Assembly: GCA_964633425.1 (NCBI GenBank) | Contig: CAZWFX010000006.1 | Span: 4,955 to 68,954 of the forward strand | DNA length: 64,000 bases | Reading direction: 5' to 3' | Origin: an uncultured Candidatus Saccharibacteria bacterium | GTDB lineage: Bacteria > Patescibacteriota > Minisyncoccia > Phycocordibacterales > UBA2100 | Shown here: positions 34,276 to 42,855 of the stretch, piece by piece | Numbering within the stretch: position 1 is the first letter of the stretch | Layout of the letters: every line of letters begins with the position of its first letter | Notes under the pieces: generated by a model | The model's database searches: none | What the model saw: only the letters and a program-made list of their open reading frames with translations | Told to the model about the DNA's origin: nothing | Position numbers and translations under genes: made by a program

Positions 34276-34559
34276 GCGGTAAATTTACACCACAAAACCC
34301 GATTGCACGGAGGCAATCGGGTGTTATGGTTCGGGAAGTCCCCGATCGTCTACATGGGTGGAGATGCACAATTTCGGGCGATGCTTTTGTAGGAAAAGTT
34401 GCAGTTGAGATCTAAGGATAGTAAGAGCCGAAACTTTTACGTCCTCGAAGAAACCGCCATCGCCCGAAGCTATGCGTCTCTATCCCCTATGTAGAGAAAA
34501 AGCGCTCTGTTGGGCGCTTTCTGAGGGGGAATATATCATATTAAAACCACTTGTCAAGT

Positions 34560-35576
34560 ATGGTGAATACCGACGATTCCGCGACCCAGAAGGGCTCCCG
34601 GACCCTCGATCAAGCCCTGCGACCGGATTCCTGGACAGAATATGTGGGCCAAGGCCCCATCAAAGAGAACCTTCGCATCCTCCTCACGGCCGCAAAAGGC
34701 CGCAACCATCAGCCTGAGCACGTGCTTTTGTATGGTCCGCCCGGTTTAGGCAAGACAACACTCGCACACCTCATTGCAAAAGAAGTCGGAGCAAATTTAC
34801 GCACGACATCCGGCCCCGCGATTGAGCGCGTGGGCGATCTCGCATCCATCCTCACCAACCTCTCCCCCGGTGATGTGCTGTTCATCGATGAAATTCATCG
34901 CCTGAACCGCACGATTGAAGAGGTGCTCTACCCTGCGATGGAGGCGGGCGTTCTCGATATTGTTATCGGTAAAGGACCGGCCGCGCGTACCGTACAGTTG
35001 GAACTCCCGCCGTTCACACTCATCGCCGCAACCACGCGCATATCAATGCTCTCGGCACCGCTACGCTCCCGATTTTCGGGGGGCACATTCCGACTGCAGT
35101 ACTACACCGACGAAGAGATTGCGGAAATTCTGCGACGATCAGGGAAGATTCTTGGCATTGAGACCGACATGGACGCACTGATGGAAATAGCGAAGCGCTC
35201 GCGCTCGACTCCCCGAACAGCCAACTACCTTTTGAAACGCGCCCGCGATTACGCCGCAGTGTCCGAGCAGGCACTTGATATAAAAGCCGTAAAGCGCTCG
35301 CTCGCGATGCTCGAGATTGATGAGGCGGGACTCAACCAGACGGACCGCGACATTCTGACACTGCTCATAGAGAAGTACGCCGGAAATCCGGTGGGCTTGA
35401 AAACGATCGCCGCTGCTCTTTCCGAGGAAGAAGCGACCATTGAAGAAGTGAACGAGCCGTATCTGATGCAGACCGGTCTGATAGACCGCACCCCCCGCGG
35501 ACGTGTCGCCACAAAAAAGGCGTACCTGCACATGGGTTTTAAACCACCGGCCGAAGAGCCGTCGCTCGGTTTATAG
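34560..35576 (+). CDS. ruvB: Holliday junction DNA helicase RuvB
   Basis: [42 protein letters not shown]. Track start TTG 34551, first ATG 34560. Confidence 0.92.
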   Translation: MVNTDDSATQKGSRTLDQALRPDSWTEYVGQGPIKENLRILLTAAKGRNHQPEHVLLYGPPGLGKTTLAHLIAKEVGANLRTTSGPAIERVGDLASILTNLSPGDVLFIDEIHRLNRTIEEVLYPAMEAGVLDIVIGKGPAARTVQLELPPFTLIAATTRISMLSAPLRSRFSGGTFRLQYYTDEEIAEILRRSGKILGIETDMDALMEIAKRSRSTPRTANYLLKRARDYAAVSEQALDIKAVKRSLAMLEIDEAGLNQTDRDILTLLIEKYAGNPVGLKTIAAALSEEEATIEEVNEPYLMQTGLIDRTPRGRVATKKAYLHMGFKPPAEEPSLGL

Positions 35577-35637
35577 CTTGACCCCACCACCCTTTTGAGG
35601 ATAATCCCCCGCAGATAAACCAACGGGGGTATTCCCA

Positions 35638-36567
35638 ATGACTGAAGCAGCTGAACGGACGGGCGTATGGCGTGCGGTGCGAGACGAGGAGAAGTCTGAG
35701 GCGGTGAAACGGATCGAGCGGTCGCTCGACCTCATCGACGACAATCTCGCGATCAACTCGGTCTTCACCGTGCTGAGGCGGTACGGCATTCGCCTGAAGT
35801 CGTTCAGGGCGCCGAAGTGCTCCGTTACGAAGGAGGCGTACACGCCGCGTGGCAGCAAGTTCCTGATCTGTGGCAGTGCGTCGCGCGACGAATTCAAGAT
35901 CCATGAGCCCGGCGTGCATCAGCGCGAAGAGCGCGGCGCGAACTACCTACTCACCCTCCTGCATGTGTACTTCCACGAGTACACGCACATGCTCGAGGGC
36001 GAGTACCAAACGAAACAGAAGGAGCTGTCGGTCGGCGGGATGCGGTTCATGGGCTCGAAGCGGGTGAGCGGATACATGACGCGTGTCGTGTTCAATCTGC
36101 CCAAGGAATTCGAATTCCGAGAAGGCACGCTCGTGACGAACTCGATGCTCAACGAGGCCGTGACGGAATCGTTTGCGCGAGAGTGTGTTGCCGAGTATCT
36201 GCGTCTCGATCCGGATTTCGGCGGTGTGGGAGAGGTGGCGATCTCGATCCACCGCGAACTCATGGAGAGCGACTCCGACCTCGTGTTCTACCCCGAACCC
36301 GTGCAGTTCCTCACCATGCTTTCGCAAGAGCTCAAGCAGGCGCTCGGTTCCGAGCGGGACGTGAAGCGGCTGCTGTACGGCGGCTACTTCAAAGGAACCG
36401 ATGTGCTTCGGAGCCGTAAGTGGAAACGGATTCTCAAGCAGTGCGACCTCTACGGAATCATGCAGGCGTGTGCCGGAGAACTGCCCGCCCATGCCTACAA
36501 ATTGATCGCACAGCTCCACTCGGAGATGCGGAAGATCGAGACGGTTCACCTGAAGGTTGTTCGTTAA
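35638..36567 (+). CDS. hypothetical protein with HExxH zincin motif
   Basis: 309 aa with YFHEYTHMLEG and downstream NEAVTESFA. No signal peptide. Confidence 0.5.
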   Translation: MTEAAERTGVWRAVRDEEKSEAVKRIERSLDLIDDNLAINSVFTVLRRYGIRLKSFRAPKCSVTKEAYTPRGSKFLICGSASRDEFKIHEPGVHQREERGANYLLTLLHVYFHEYTHMLEGEYQTKQKELSVGGMRFMGSKRVSGYMTRVVFNLPKEFEFREGTLVTNSMLNEAVTESFARECVAEYLRLDPDFGGVGEVAISIHRELMESDSDLVFYPEPVQFLTMLSQELKQALGSERDVKRLLYGGYFKGTDVLRSRKWKRILKQCDLYGIMQACAGELPAHAYKLIAQLHSEMRKIETVHLKVVR

Positions 36568-36571
36568 AACC

Positions 36572-36605
36572 ATGCCGCCGGCCACTCGCCGGCGGCATTT
36601 GTTTT
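36572..36605 (+). terminator. rho-independent terminator
   Basis: ATGCCGCCGGC-CACTC-GCCGGCGGCAT then TTGTTTTG. Confidence 0.7.
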
Positions 36606-36668
36606 GCGAAAAGTTGCGCTGCGCGCGGATGTGATTAGGATGCAGATAGACAACAAAGGGAGTGTGTC

Positions 36669-37397
36669 ATGGGACTCGCTGAATTAGCGCTTGTTAACGC
36701 CCCGCACGGTAAAAGCAAACTGATCGTGGACTGCACCTACCGCCGTACACGGTTCAATCCGACCAGGGATAAAGGTAGACCGATCGCAGCAAAGTTCGCC
36801 TACTCGATGGCGGCACATCTGCTGAAACTTGATGCCGGCCACAGCGAGCAAGAGATCGCATCGCAGCTCGAGTGTTCGGAATCGCAAGCGAAAACATTCG
36901 TTGAATACGGTGCACACGTCGTGAACCGCTCCGGCGAAGCCCAGGAACTGCTCGCCACGATACGCGACGACGTGCATTCGAGACTCGAGAAGGTCGGTAT
37001 GCAGTTCATGCTGGACTCGGTCGACATGGAACCGCCACCGCCGACGACCCTCGAAATTCCGGACGAGGTGCCGAAGATCATTGCACTCGTTGCGAGAATA
37101 CTGGGTGTTGCGCCCGGTCTCCTGACGGGAAAGTCAAAGCGCTTCCCTGAGATGCATGCGCGCCACATCGCTGTGGCGATTGTGCAGTTCAAGAAGCCTA
37201 CGATGTCGCGTCCGAAGATCGGCTCGTACTTCGGCAAGCGCGACAACACGACGATACTGTCGTCTCTCCAAAAGATCGACCGGATCGTCCGAGGCGAGGA
37301 CGACGACCCTGTACTGTTCAAAAAGATCGAACATGTGCGCGAAAAACTGGGTCTGGATATTAGCGCGTTCTATTTTGTTCCAAAGAAACCTGCGTGA
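36669..37397 (+). CDS. DnaA domain IV (Bac_DnaA_C HTH)-only paralogue with novel N-terminal region
   Basis: The C-terminal ~95 aa, IIALVARILGV..KSKRFPEMHARHIAVAIVQFKKPTMSRPKIGSYFGKRDNTTILSSLQKIDRIV, parallels the DnaA DNA-binding domain. AAGGGAG upstream of the ATG. Confidence 0.6.
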   Translation: MGLAELALVNAPHGKSKLIVDCTYRRTRFNPTRDKGRPIAAKFAYSMAAHLLKLDAGHSEQEIASQLECSESQAKTFVEYGAHVVNRSGEAQELLATIRDDVHSRLEKVGMQFMLDSVDMEPPPPTTLEIPDEVPKIIALVARILGVAPGLLTGKSKRFPEMHARHIAVAIVQFKKPTMSRPKIGSYFGKRDNTTILSSLQKIDRIVRGEDDDPVLFKKIEHVREKLGLDISAFYFVPKKPA

Positions 37398-37885
37398 ACT
37401 TTCGGCGGCCTCGCGGCCGCCGTACGTCTCCACACAAAACACAAAGGCTTCCGTGAAGGAAGCCTTTTGCATGCGCGGCGATTTCGGATCGACGACCGTT
37501 GTTGCTTGGATTGATATGATCTCCCCTCGCCACAACCGTCGCCCTGGAGCTCTCGCAGCCTATTCCCGCTCCTTCTTCCGGCTGTTACCCCGGCGTAGGT
37601 CCTGGGAACTGATCTCCGGGATGCTTGGCGTTGCCGCCACCCCCTTGAAACCGACTGACACACGGTAAAGCGCATCAGTACTACGGAGTATACGGTGCTG
37701 TTTTTATGTGCACATGAGATCAATATCGGTATTTTTGCGGATTCCGTATGTATAAGTGTGTGGAAAACCATGTGAATAGTCGTTCTATGGCTCGGCCACG
37801 TGGTATTCCCCGCTGTTGATAACTGCAGATATACACAGCCTGCCCCGGATGAAGAGACGTATGATACGAGGGACACACGGTAACG

Positions 37886-37916
37886 AAAAAGCCTCGGATC
37901 GCTCCGGGGCTTTTTT
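37886..37916. terminator. bidirectional terminator-like hairpin inside the gene-free region
   Basis: GAAAAA GCCTCGGA-TCGC-TCCGGGGC TTTTTT. Confidence 0.6.
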
Positions 37917-38286
37917 CGTTCTCGGTTATTGAGGACCTGTTCTGCGGGTGTGAAAGGTTTGATACGATCGCACCTTACTCGAGCTGGAGCACCACACTTG
38001 CGCATGGCAACCCCGACCGCAAAACCACTAACCTAACCGACAGTTCCTTCAGTTCGTACCGCTTTCGCAATACTGGGATCCAAGGAACGTTGAGGGACGT
38101 GTCGTTCTTGCGAACGGTCGACCCCTCGGTGCTGACACACGGTAAGGAATGTCAGAAGCTCCATACTAGCCCCATGTAAATGGGTCATATATTGAGAAAT
38201 CCCCCGTTTCGGGGGATTTCTCGTGCGTAACTATGGGGATAGTGCAGTGGATAACCCGGTGGATATCCTGCTCCCCCATTCGGAGA

Positions 38287-38751
38287 CTAGGCGTGAGCCG
38301 GGACGCTCTGATCGTGGTCGTCTTTGCAGGTCATTCCCCCGCAGCCACGGCACTCGCATGCCCATACCGACCAGCGGCCGGAACCGGCAAACGCGATACC
38401 AAGCGAGAGGAGGAAGAGCACGACTTCGAGCTCGTGCTGACCATATCCGTTGGCAAAGTGACCTGTAACCCAGATTGCCACCACCATTTCGATCGCGAAG
38501 AGAATCGCGAAGAGTCGCGGGATGATACCGAGAATAATCGCCGCCCCGCCGATAAGTTCGAGGTATGTGATGAATTCAGCGGTTCCCGTCGGGAAGCCCA
38601 TGCCGGAGAACATACCGCCGATCATGTCGGCGTTGTTGAACTTCATCCAGCCGTGCATTACGAACACGAGGCCGGTTGCAACACGTATTAAAAGTAGTCC
38701 GAGCGACGGCTTGTACATCATCCGCCCGCATGTATCCATGAGTCCTTTCAT
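38287..38751 (-). CDS. DoxX-family membrane protein with Cys-rich C-terminal tail
   Basis: LLLIRVATGLVFVMHGWMKF..YLELIGGAAIILGI. Tail WACECRGCGGMTCKDDHD. Confidence 0.7.
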   Translation of the reverse strand: MKGLMDTCGRMMYKPSLGLLLIRVATGLVFVMHGWMKFNNADMIGGMFSGMGFPTGTAEFITYLELIGGAAIILGIIPRLFAILFAIEMVVAIWVTGHFANGYGQHELEVVLFLLSLGIAFAGSGRWSVWACECRGCGGMTCKDDHDQSVPAHA

Positions 38752-38833
38752 GTAAATAAGCCTTAACTGTTATATGTACAGTATAGCGCCTCATGAAGTT
38801 TGCCATCCACCGGCAAACGAATAGAATTCGTCC

Positions 38834-39367
38834 ATGTCCGGTCATAACAAATGGTCACAAATTAAGCACCGCAAGGGAGCTGCAGACAAGGCGAAATCGA
38901 ACGTGTGGGGCAAACTCGCCAAGCGCATCATCGTCGAGAGCAAGCTCGCAAACGGCGACCCCAACTCCCCTACGCTTCGCACCATGATCGAAAAGGCGAA
39001 GAAGGAGAACATGCCGAAAGAGAACATCGAGCGCGCCATCAAAAAAGGCATTTCCGCCGACGCCGGCTCCATGGAAAGCATCATGTACGAAACCTATGGC
39101 CCCGGCGGTGCCGCAATCCTCATTTCCACAGTTACCGACAGCAAGAACCGCACCGCGCAGGAGATAAAACACCTCCTTACCAAAAACGGTCTCGCACTTG
39201 CCTCACAAGGCTCGGCTATGTGGGCGTTTCAAAAAGACACAGAGGGCGGCTTCGCCGCGACAACAACTGTTCCCCTGAACGAGTCCGACAACGAGGCGCT
39301 CATGAAGATCCTCGAAGAGATCGACGCCCATGACGACGTCGAGGATGTTTATACCAACGCGGAGTAA
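38834..39367 (+). CDS. YebC/PmpR-family protein (short form)
   Basis: MSGHNKWSQIKHRKGAADKAKS..MPKENIERAIKKG..YETYGPGGAAILI. Confidence 0.85.
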   Translation: MSGHNKWSQIKHRKGAADKAKSNVWGKLAKRIIVESKLANGDPNSPTLRTMIEKAKKENMPKENIERAIKKGISADAGSMESIMYETYGPGGAAILISTVTDSKNRTAQEIKHLLTKNGLALASQGSAMWAFQKDTEGGFAATTTVPLNESDNEALMKILEEIDAHDDVEDVYTNAE

Positions 39368-39379
39368 CAACAGGCCGGT

Positions 39380-39859
39380 TTAGAGAACCGAATGTGCGAT
39401 AGCGCCGATGATGGCGCCGGCTGCCGCAACATATGCCATGTGGTATGCGCTTTTCCAGACTGCGCGACCGGTGTGACCGCTCCAGAGTCCGAGAATGAAT
39501 GCAAAGGCAAACGAGCACACGATAGCGCTCGTAAAGGCACCGCTCACGTCCATAAGCATGTACGGAAGCAGCGGCACGATACCCGCAACGATATAGAACA
39601 GACCCATCATGATGCTCTCGGTCACCAGCGGTTTAAGTGAGGCACCCTCTTCGATCTCTGACTGACGGGCGAGCATGTTCCGTGCTGCTGCGGAAACCGC
39701 GGCGGTGCACACGAAAATAGTTCCCACGAGCACAATGGTTGCGCTTGATATACCGGCAATCGCGCAGCCCGAAAGCAGCCCGACGGTCAGAACCAATCCC
39801 TCCTCGATGTTGTGTACGAGGGAGATAACGAATCGCGGCTCGCGCGGGTTAAATGTCAT
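39380..39859 (-). CDS. VIT1/CCC1-like membrane protein (putative Fe/Mn transporter, short)
   Basis: 159 aa, 4-5 TM with acidic loop. Weak family call. Confidence 0.5.
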   Translation of the reverse strand: MTFNPREPRFVISLVHNIEEGLVLTVGLLSGCAIAGISSATIVLVGTIFVCTAAVSAAARNMLARQSEIEEGASLKPLVTESIMMGLFYIVAGIVPLLPYMLMDVSGAFTSAIVCSFAFAFILGLWSGHTGRAVWKSAYHMAYVAAAGAIIGAIAHSVL

Positions 39860-39943
39860 GCGCGGTAGACTACCCTATTGCCTAAATTCGTCAAGCGTGG
39901 TCTCGTTTTTATCCCACGAGAGCGGGTCTTGGTCTTCATTTAC

Positions 39944-39953
39944 GGGGTATACT
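39944..39953 (+). promoter_or_regulatory. GGGGTATACT promoter-like 10-mer, 8 nt upstream of ATG 39962
   Basis: Identical 10-mer at 55887-55896, 61311-61320 and 62246-62255 (all minus strand). Confidence 0.5.
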
Positions 39954-39961
39954 GGCGCGAT

Positions 39962-40114
39962 ATGGAAGGAACCTGTAACCGATGTCATACCGATCTCGCG
40001 GGCGGCGGCATCCTTTTTACTCCCCCGGGCGACAATCAGATGTCGCAGAACCTCTGCATGAAATGCTTCGAGAGCATGAACAGCGGCGACATACAGCCCG
40101 AGCAGGCGGTCTAG
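39962..40114 (+). CDS. 50-aa zinc-ribbon protein (CxxC-18-CxxC)
   Basis: MEGTCNRCHTDLAGGGILFTPPGDNQMSQNLCMKCFES.. The ATG is placed 8 nt after GGGGTATACT. Preferred over the antisense GTG-initiated ORF 39875..40129. Confidence 0.5.
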   Translation: MEGTCNRCHTDLAGGGILFTPPGDNQMSQNLCMKCFESMNSGDIQPEQAV

Positions 40115-40854
40115 TCTATCGCCCGCCACAACATATCGAAATACGAGCGCCGCGTTTTAGCTAACGCGGTGCTTTCGATGACGATGATCATGTCATCCGG
40201 TCGCGGTGAAATGAGGGCGGTGAATTCTTCCCCGATAACTTCCGTGTAGGGCAGCGCGTAGCCCTTGGGCAAAAACTTCGACACCCGGTTCTCTGTCGGA
40301 TCTTTGCGGACGATCATACGCGCGTACGGAGAATCAACGATGAGCTGCATGCTCTGCAGTTTGCGTATCTTCTTTGCCTTAATGATCTCGTCGAGAATGT
40401 ACTTTTCGGATACGAAATCCAGGAAGTTCTCCCCTTCCGTGATGATGCGATACCCGTCTCGCGACTCAAAGATGCGGTCCCATACCGCCTTGAACCCAGA
40501 CGGTCCGTGAAAAAAGTACACCCCGGGTTTTTTGTAGTGAGAGAGTACGAGCGCATCAAGCGCAGGCAAGGATTCCTCGAACATCTGTAATCGCTCGCGC
40601 GCCCGTTTCAAAAGCACCGACGGCGGGCATGCACGCAGATACTCGCGCTTCGCGCGTTTTACCTCCTGGAACGCACCTGCATCCAAAAGCTCCTCGAGTA
40701 CATAGTATGCGGTCGTGCGTTTGATTCGAGCGCGACGTGCGAGCTCCAGGATCGTGCACTCCCCGAGTTCCAGCCCAGCGCGGTAGAGACGTGCGGCCTT
40801 TTCGGATAGTCCGGCTCCTCGAATCGCTTCATCAATGGAATAGGCCTTGGCCAT
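40111..40854 (-). CDS. TrmB-family transcriptional regulator
   Basis: GLSEKAARLYRAGLELGECTILELARRARIKRTTAYYVLEELLDAGA. GATACT 8 nt upstream of the ATG. Confidence 0.7.
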   Translation of the reverse strand: MAKAYSIDEAIRGAGLSEKAARLYRAGLELGECTILELARRARIKRTTAYYVLEELLDAGAFQEVKRAKREYLRACPPSVLLKRARERLQMFEESLPALDALVLSHYKKPGVYFFHGPSGFKAVWDRIFESRDGYRIITEGENFLDFVSEKYILDEIIKAKKIRKLQSMQLIVDSPYARMIVRKDPTENRVSKFLPKGYALPYTEVIGEEFTALISPRPDDMIIVIESTALAKTRRSYFDMLWRAID

Positions 40855-40874
40855 TACCCCACAGTATCAAAATG

Positions 40875-40891
40875 TGTCGAAAAAATCGACA
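40875..40891. promoter_or_regulatory. inverted repeat TGTCGA-N5-TCGACA just upstream of the TrmB -10 element (operator candidate)
   Basis: Read directly. Lies between divergent genes 40854(-) and 40957(+). Confidence 0.35.
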
Positions 40892-40956
40892 GAATGTGCG
40901 GCTTTTCGCGTGCGAAAGCCCTACGCTTACATACGGAACATACAGAGGAGGTTCCT

Positions 40957-41340
40957 ATGCTCCAACTGATTGCGCACCTGATCGGCGACTACATGCTTCA
41001 GAGCGGATGGATGGCGAACAACAAGACGAAGCGGCACTTCCCTGCGCTCGTACACGCACTCGTCTACTTTGTGCCGTTCTACCTGATCTTCAACCCGTCG
41101 CCGCTTGCGGCGAGCGTGATGGTCGGCACGCACTTTGTGATCGACCGGTGGCGGCTCGCGCGATATCTCGCCTTTTGCAAAGAGTTCATTGCACCGCCGA
41201 AAAATTGGCCGCACTGGGCAGACCACGCGGAGACGGGATTCCACAAGGACACGCCCGCGTTCCTTGCGGTGTGGCTGATGATCATCGTCGACAACGGGAT
41301 GCATCTGGTCATCAACTATCTGTGTCTCACGTATCTGTAA
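40957..41340 (+). CDS. DUF3307-family membrane protein
   Basis: MLQLIAHLIGDYMLQSGWMA (HxxGDYxLQ). AGAGGAGG upstream of ATG 40957. Confidence 0.65.
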   Translation: MLQLIAHLIGDYMLQSGWMANNKTKRHFPALVHALVYFVPFYLIFNPSPLAASVMVGTHFVIDRWRLARYLAFCKEFIAPPKNWPHWADHAETGFHKDTPAFLAVWLMIIVDNGMHLVINYLCLTYL

Positions 41341-41399
41341 CCGCGCCATCAAGGGGGCCCGCATCTGCGGGCCCCTCGTTTGTACCCTATACTGAGGCC

Positions 41400-41900
41400 A
41401 TGAAAGTGCTCGCGATCGATCCGGGATACGGCAGGTGCGGCATGGCGGTTGTGGAGCGAGTCGGAACCAAAGACGTGCTCCTGTATTCAACGTGCGTCGA
41501 GACAGACGCGAAGACTGAATTCCCCGAACGACTCCGCGAGGTTGTTGCACGCTGCGAATCGCTCCTTGCAGAACACACCCCGGACCACATGGCGATGGAA
41601 AAACTGTTCTTCAAAGCGAACCGCACGACCGCACTAAAAGTCGCGGAGGTCCGCGGCGCAATCATCAATGCCGCAGCAGTTCATGCGGTACCGGTACACG
41701 AGTATTCACCCGCCGAAGTAAAGAGCGCGACAGCGGGCTGGGGAGGTGCCGATAAAAAACAGATAGCAACCATGATCCACGCACTCGTAAAGATCGAAAA
41801 GCCGATCAAGCACGATGACGAATACGACGCGATCGCGGTCGGCGTCACGCATCTTGCGTGTTACCGGAGTCTATTGACGCGACAAGGCAAGGTGGCATAG
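41400..41900 (+). CDS. ruvC: crossover junction endodeoxyribonuclease RuvC
   Basis: MKVLAIDPGYGRCGMAVV..MAMEKLFF..YSPAEVK..DEYDAIAVGVTH. The track ORF start at 40737 is an upstream read-through artefact. Confidence 0.85.
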   Translation: MKVLAIDPGYGRCGMAVVERVGTKDVLLYSTCVETDAKTEFPERLREVVARCESLLAEHTPDHMAMEKLFFKANRTTALKVAEVRGAIINAAAVHAVPVHEYSPAEVKSATAGWGGADKKQIATMIHALVKIEKPIKHDDEYDAIAVGVTHLACYRSLLTRQGKVA

Positions 41901-41939
41901 TTCCCGCGGACAACACGGTAACTCACAGGGAGATCTCAC

Positions 41940-42764
41940 ATGACCGCATCAGGTAGGGCGTTCGACGTCGTTATGGCGTTGCCGCAGAGTACGACCGCAT
42001 TCGTTCGTGCACATATCGGGGGTATCCTCGGAATCTTCGTCGTGCTGTCGCTCGGAGCCACGCTCCTCAAGGCGAGCATGTTCGGCGACAAACTTAGTAT
42101 TTTGACGCTGGTCATCGTCGGCTTCGGCTGGATCGTGCCCATGATCGGACGCGACCAGGAAAAAAAAGAGACAGACGAGGACTACGCCGTGCGTATGGCC
42201 GGTAAGCGCCTCATCACACGAGTGTGGCAGGTCGTCTCGATCGGAGTATTTCCGGCGATCTTCGTACTGTTTCCGCCGATCAACCACGACCGCTATCCGG
42301 AAAGTGTCTGGGTCCGTGCGTACGACGGCGCAACATCGCTCTCGGGGGGAACACTCTTCATCAACCCCTTTCGCACGGTCGTGTACGACGTAAGCATGTC
42401 GCAGGGATTTTCCGTCACCACACGAGCGACGTCACGCGACGGAATACCGCTGCAATGCAACGCAATAGTCGGCGGCGTCGTGCTCGACAGACGCACACCC
42501 GCCGAGCTCGAGACGTTTCTTTCGTCACTCGCCCGGAAGGGCAACCCGGGCACGCTGATCCAGAGCGAGCTCAAGCAGGCAGCGACCGCGTCGCTTGCAG
42601 CTGTCGTCTCGTCGAAGACAGCCGAAGAGATTGCGTCGCCGGTGAGCAAGTTCACGATTCCCTACGCCGTCGGCACTCCGCTCTACGAGGTGCTCGCACG
42701 AATGCGGCTGCAGTTCAGCGGTGGCAGCGTGCAACCGAGTTGCCGAATACTGTTCGAGAGTTAA
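41940..42764 (+). CDS. hypothetical 3-TM membrane protein with C-terminal alpha/beta domain (possibly SPFH-like)
   Basis: AGGGAGA upstream of the ATG. Terminator at 42791-42825. Confidence 0.5.
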   Translation: MTASGRAFDVVMALPQSTTAFVRAHIGGILGIFVVLSLGATLLKASMFGDKLSILTLVIVGFGWIVPMIGRDQEKKETDEDYAVRMAGKRLITRVWQVVSIGVFPAIFVLFPPINHDRYPESVWVRAYDGATSLSGGTLFINPFRTVVYDVSMSQGFSVTTRATSRDGIPLQCNAIVGGVVLDRRTPAELETFLSSLARKGNPGTLIQSELKQAATASLAAVVSSKTAEEIASPVSKFTIPYAVGTPLYEVLARMRLQFSGGSVQPSCRILFES

Positions 42765-42790
42765 CGATTCGCTGTCGTTCTTTCATGATC

Positions 42791-42825
42791 ACGCGCCCCG
42801 CTTGTTCGGGGCGCGTTCTTTTTTT
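42791..42825 (+). terminator. rho-independent terminator
   Basis: ACGCGCCCCG-CTTGTT-CGGGGCGCGT then TCTTTTTTT. Confidence 0.75.
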
Positions 42826-42855
42826 GAAAGCGGAAAAAAGATACAATGCCCCGTA

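Noticed and set aside
37370-38005. 211-aa minus-strand ORF in the gene-free region
   Set aside because: Its composition is low-complexity (R/S/C-rich). It runs through two terminator hairpins, has no SD or -10-proximal start, and overlaps the end of the 36669 gene.
37398-38286. Housekeeping RNAs (RNase P RNA, tmRNA, SRP/4.5S RNA) in the large noncoding region
   Set aside because: By eye I could not find GAGGAAAGUCC / ACAGAA-type RNase P cores, a tRNA-like 3' end with GGTTCGA..CCA plus a tag ORF, or the GGAAGCAGCC SRP domain IV motif on either strand. A covariance-model scan is still needed.
39875-40129. 84-aa GTG-initiated minus-strand ORF between the TrmB and VIT-like genes
   Set aside because: It has no SD or promoter-proximal start. 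The plus-strand ORF in the same triplet phase has a GGGGTATACT-8-ATG context and two CxxC pairs. Residual uncertainty remains.
40737-41399. 221-aa N-terminal extension of ruvC in the ORF track, overlapping the DUF3307 gene
   Set aside because: The extension is Arg/Pro-rich read-through across another gene and a terminator (41353-41375). The canonical RuvC N-terminus MKVLAIDPG starts at 41400 with GAGG upstream.
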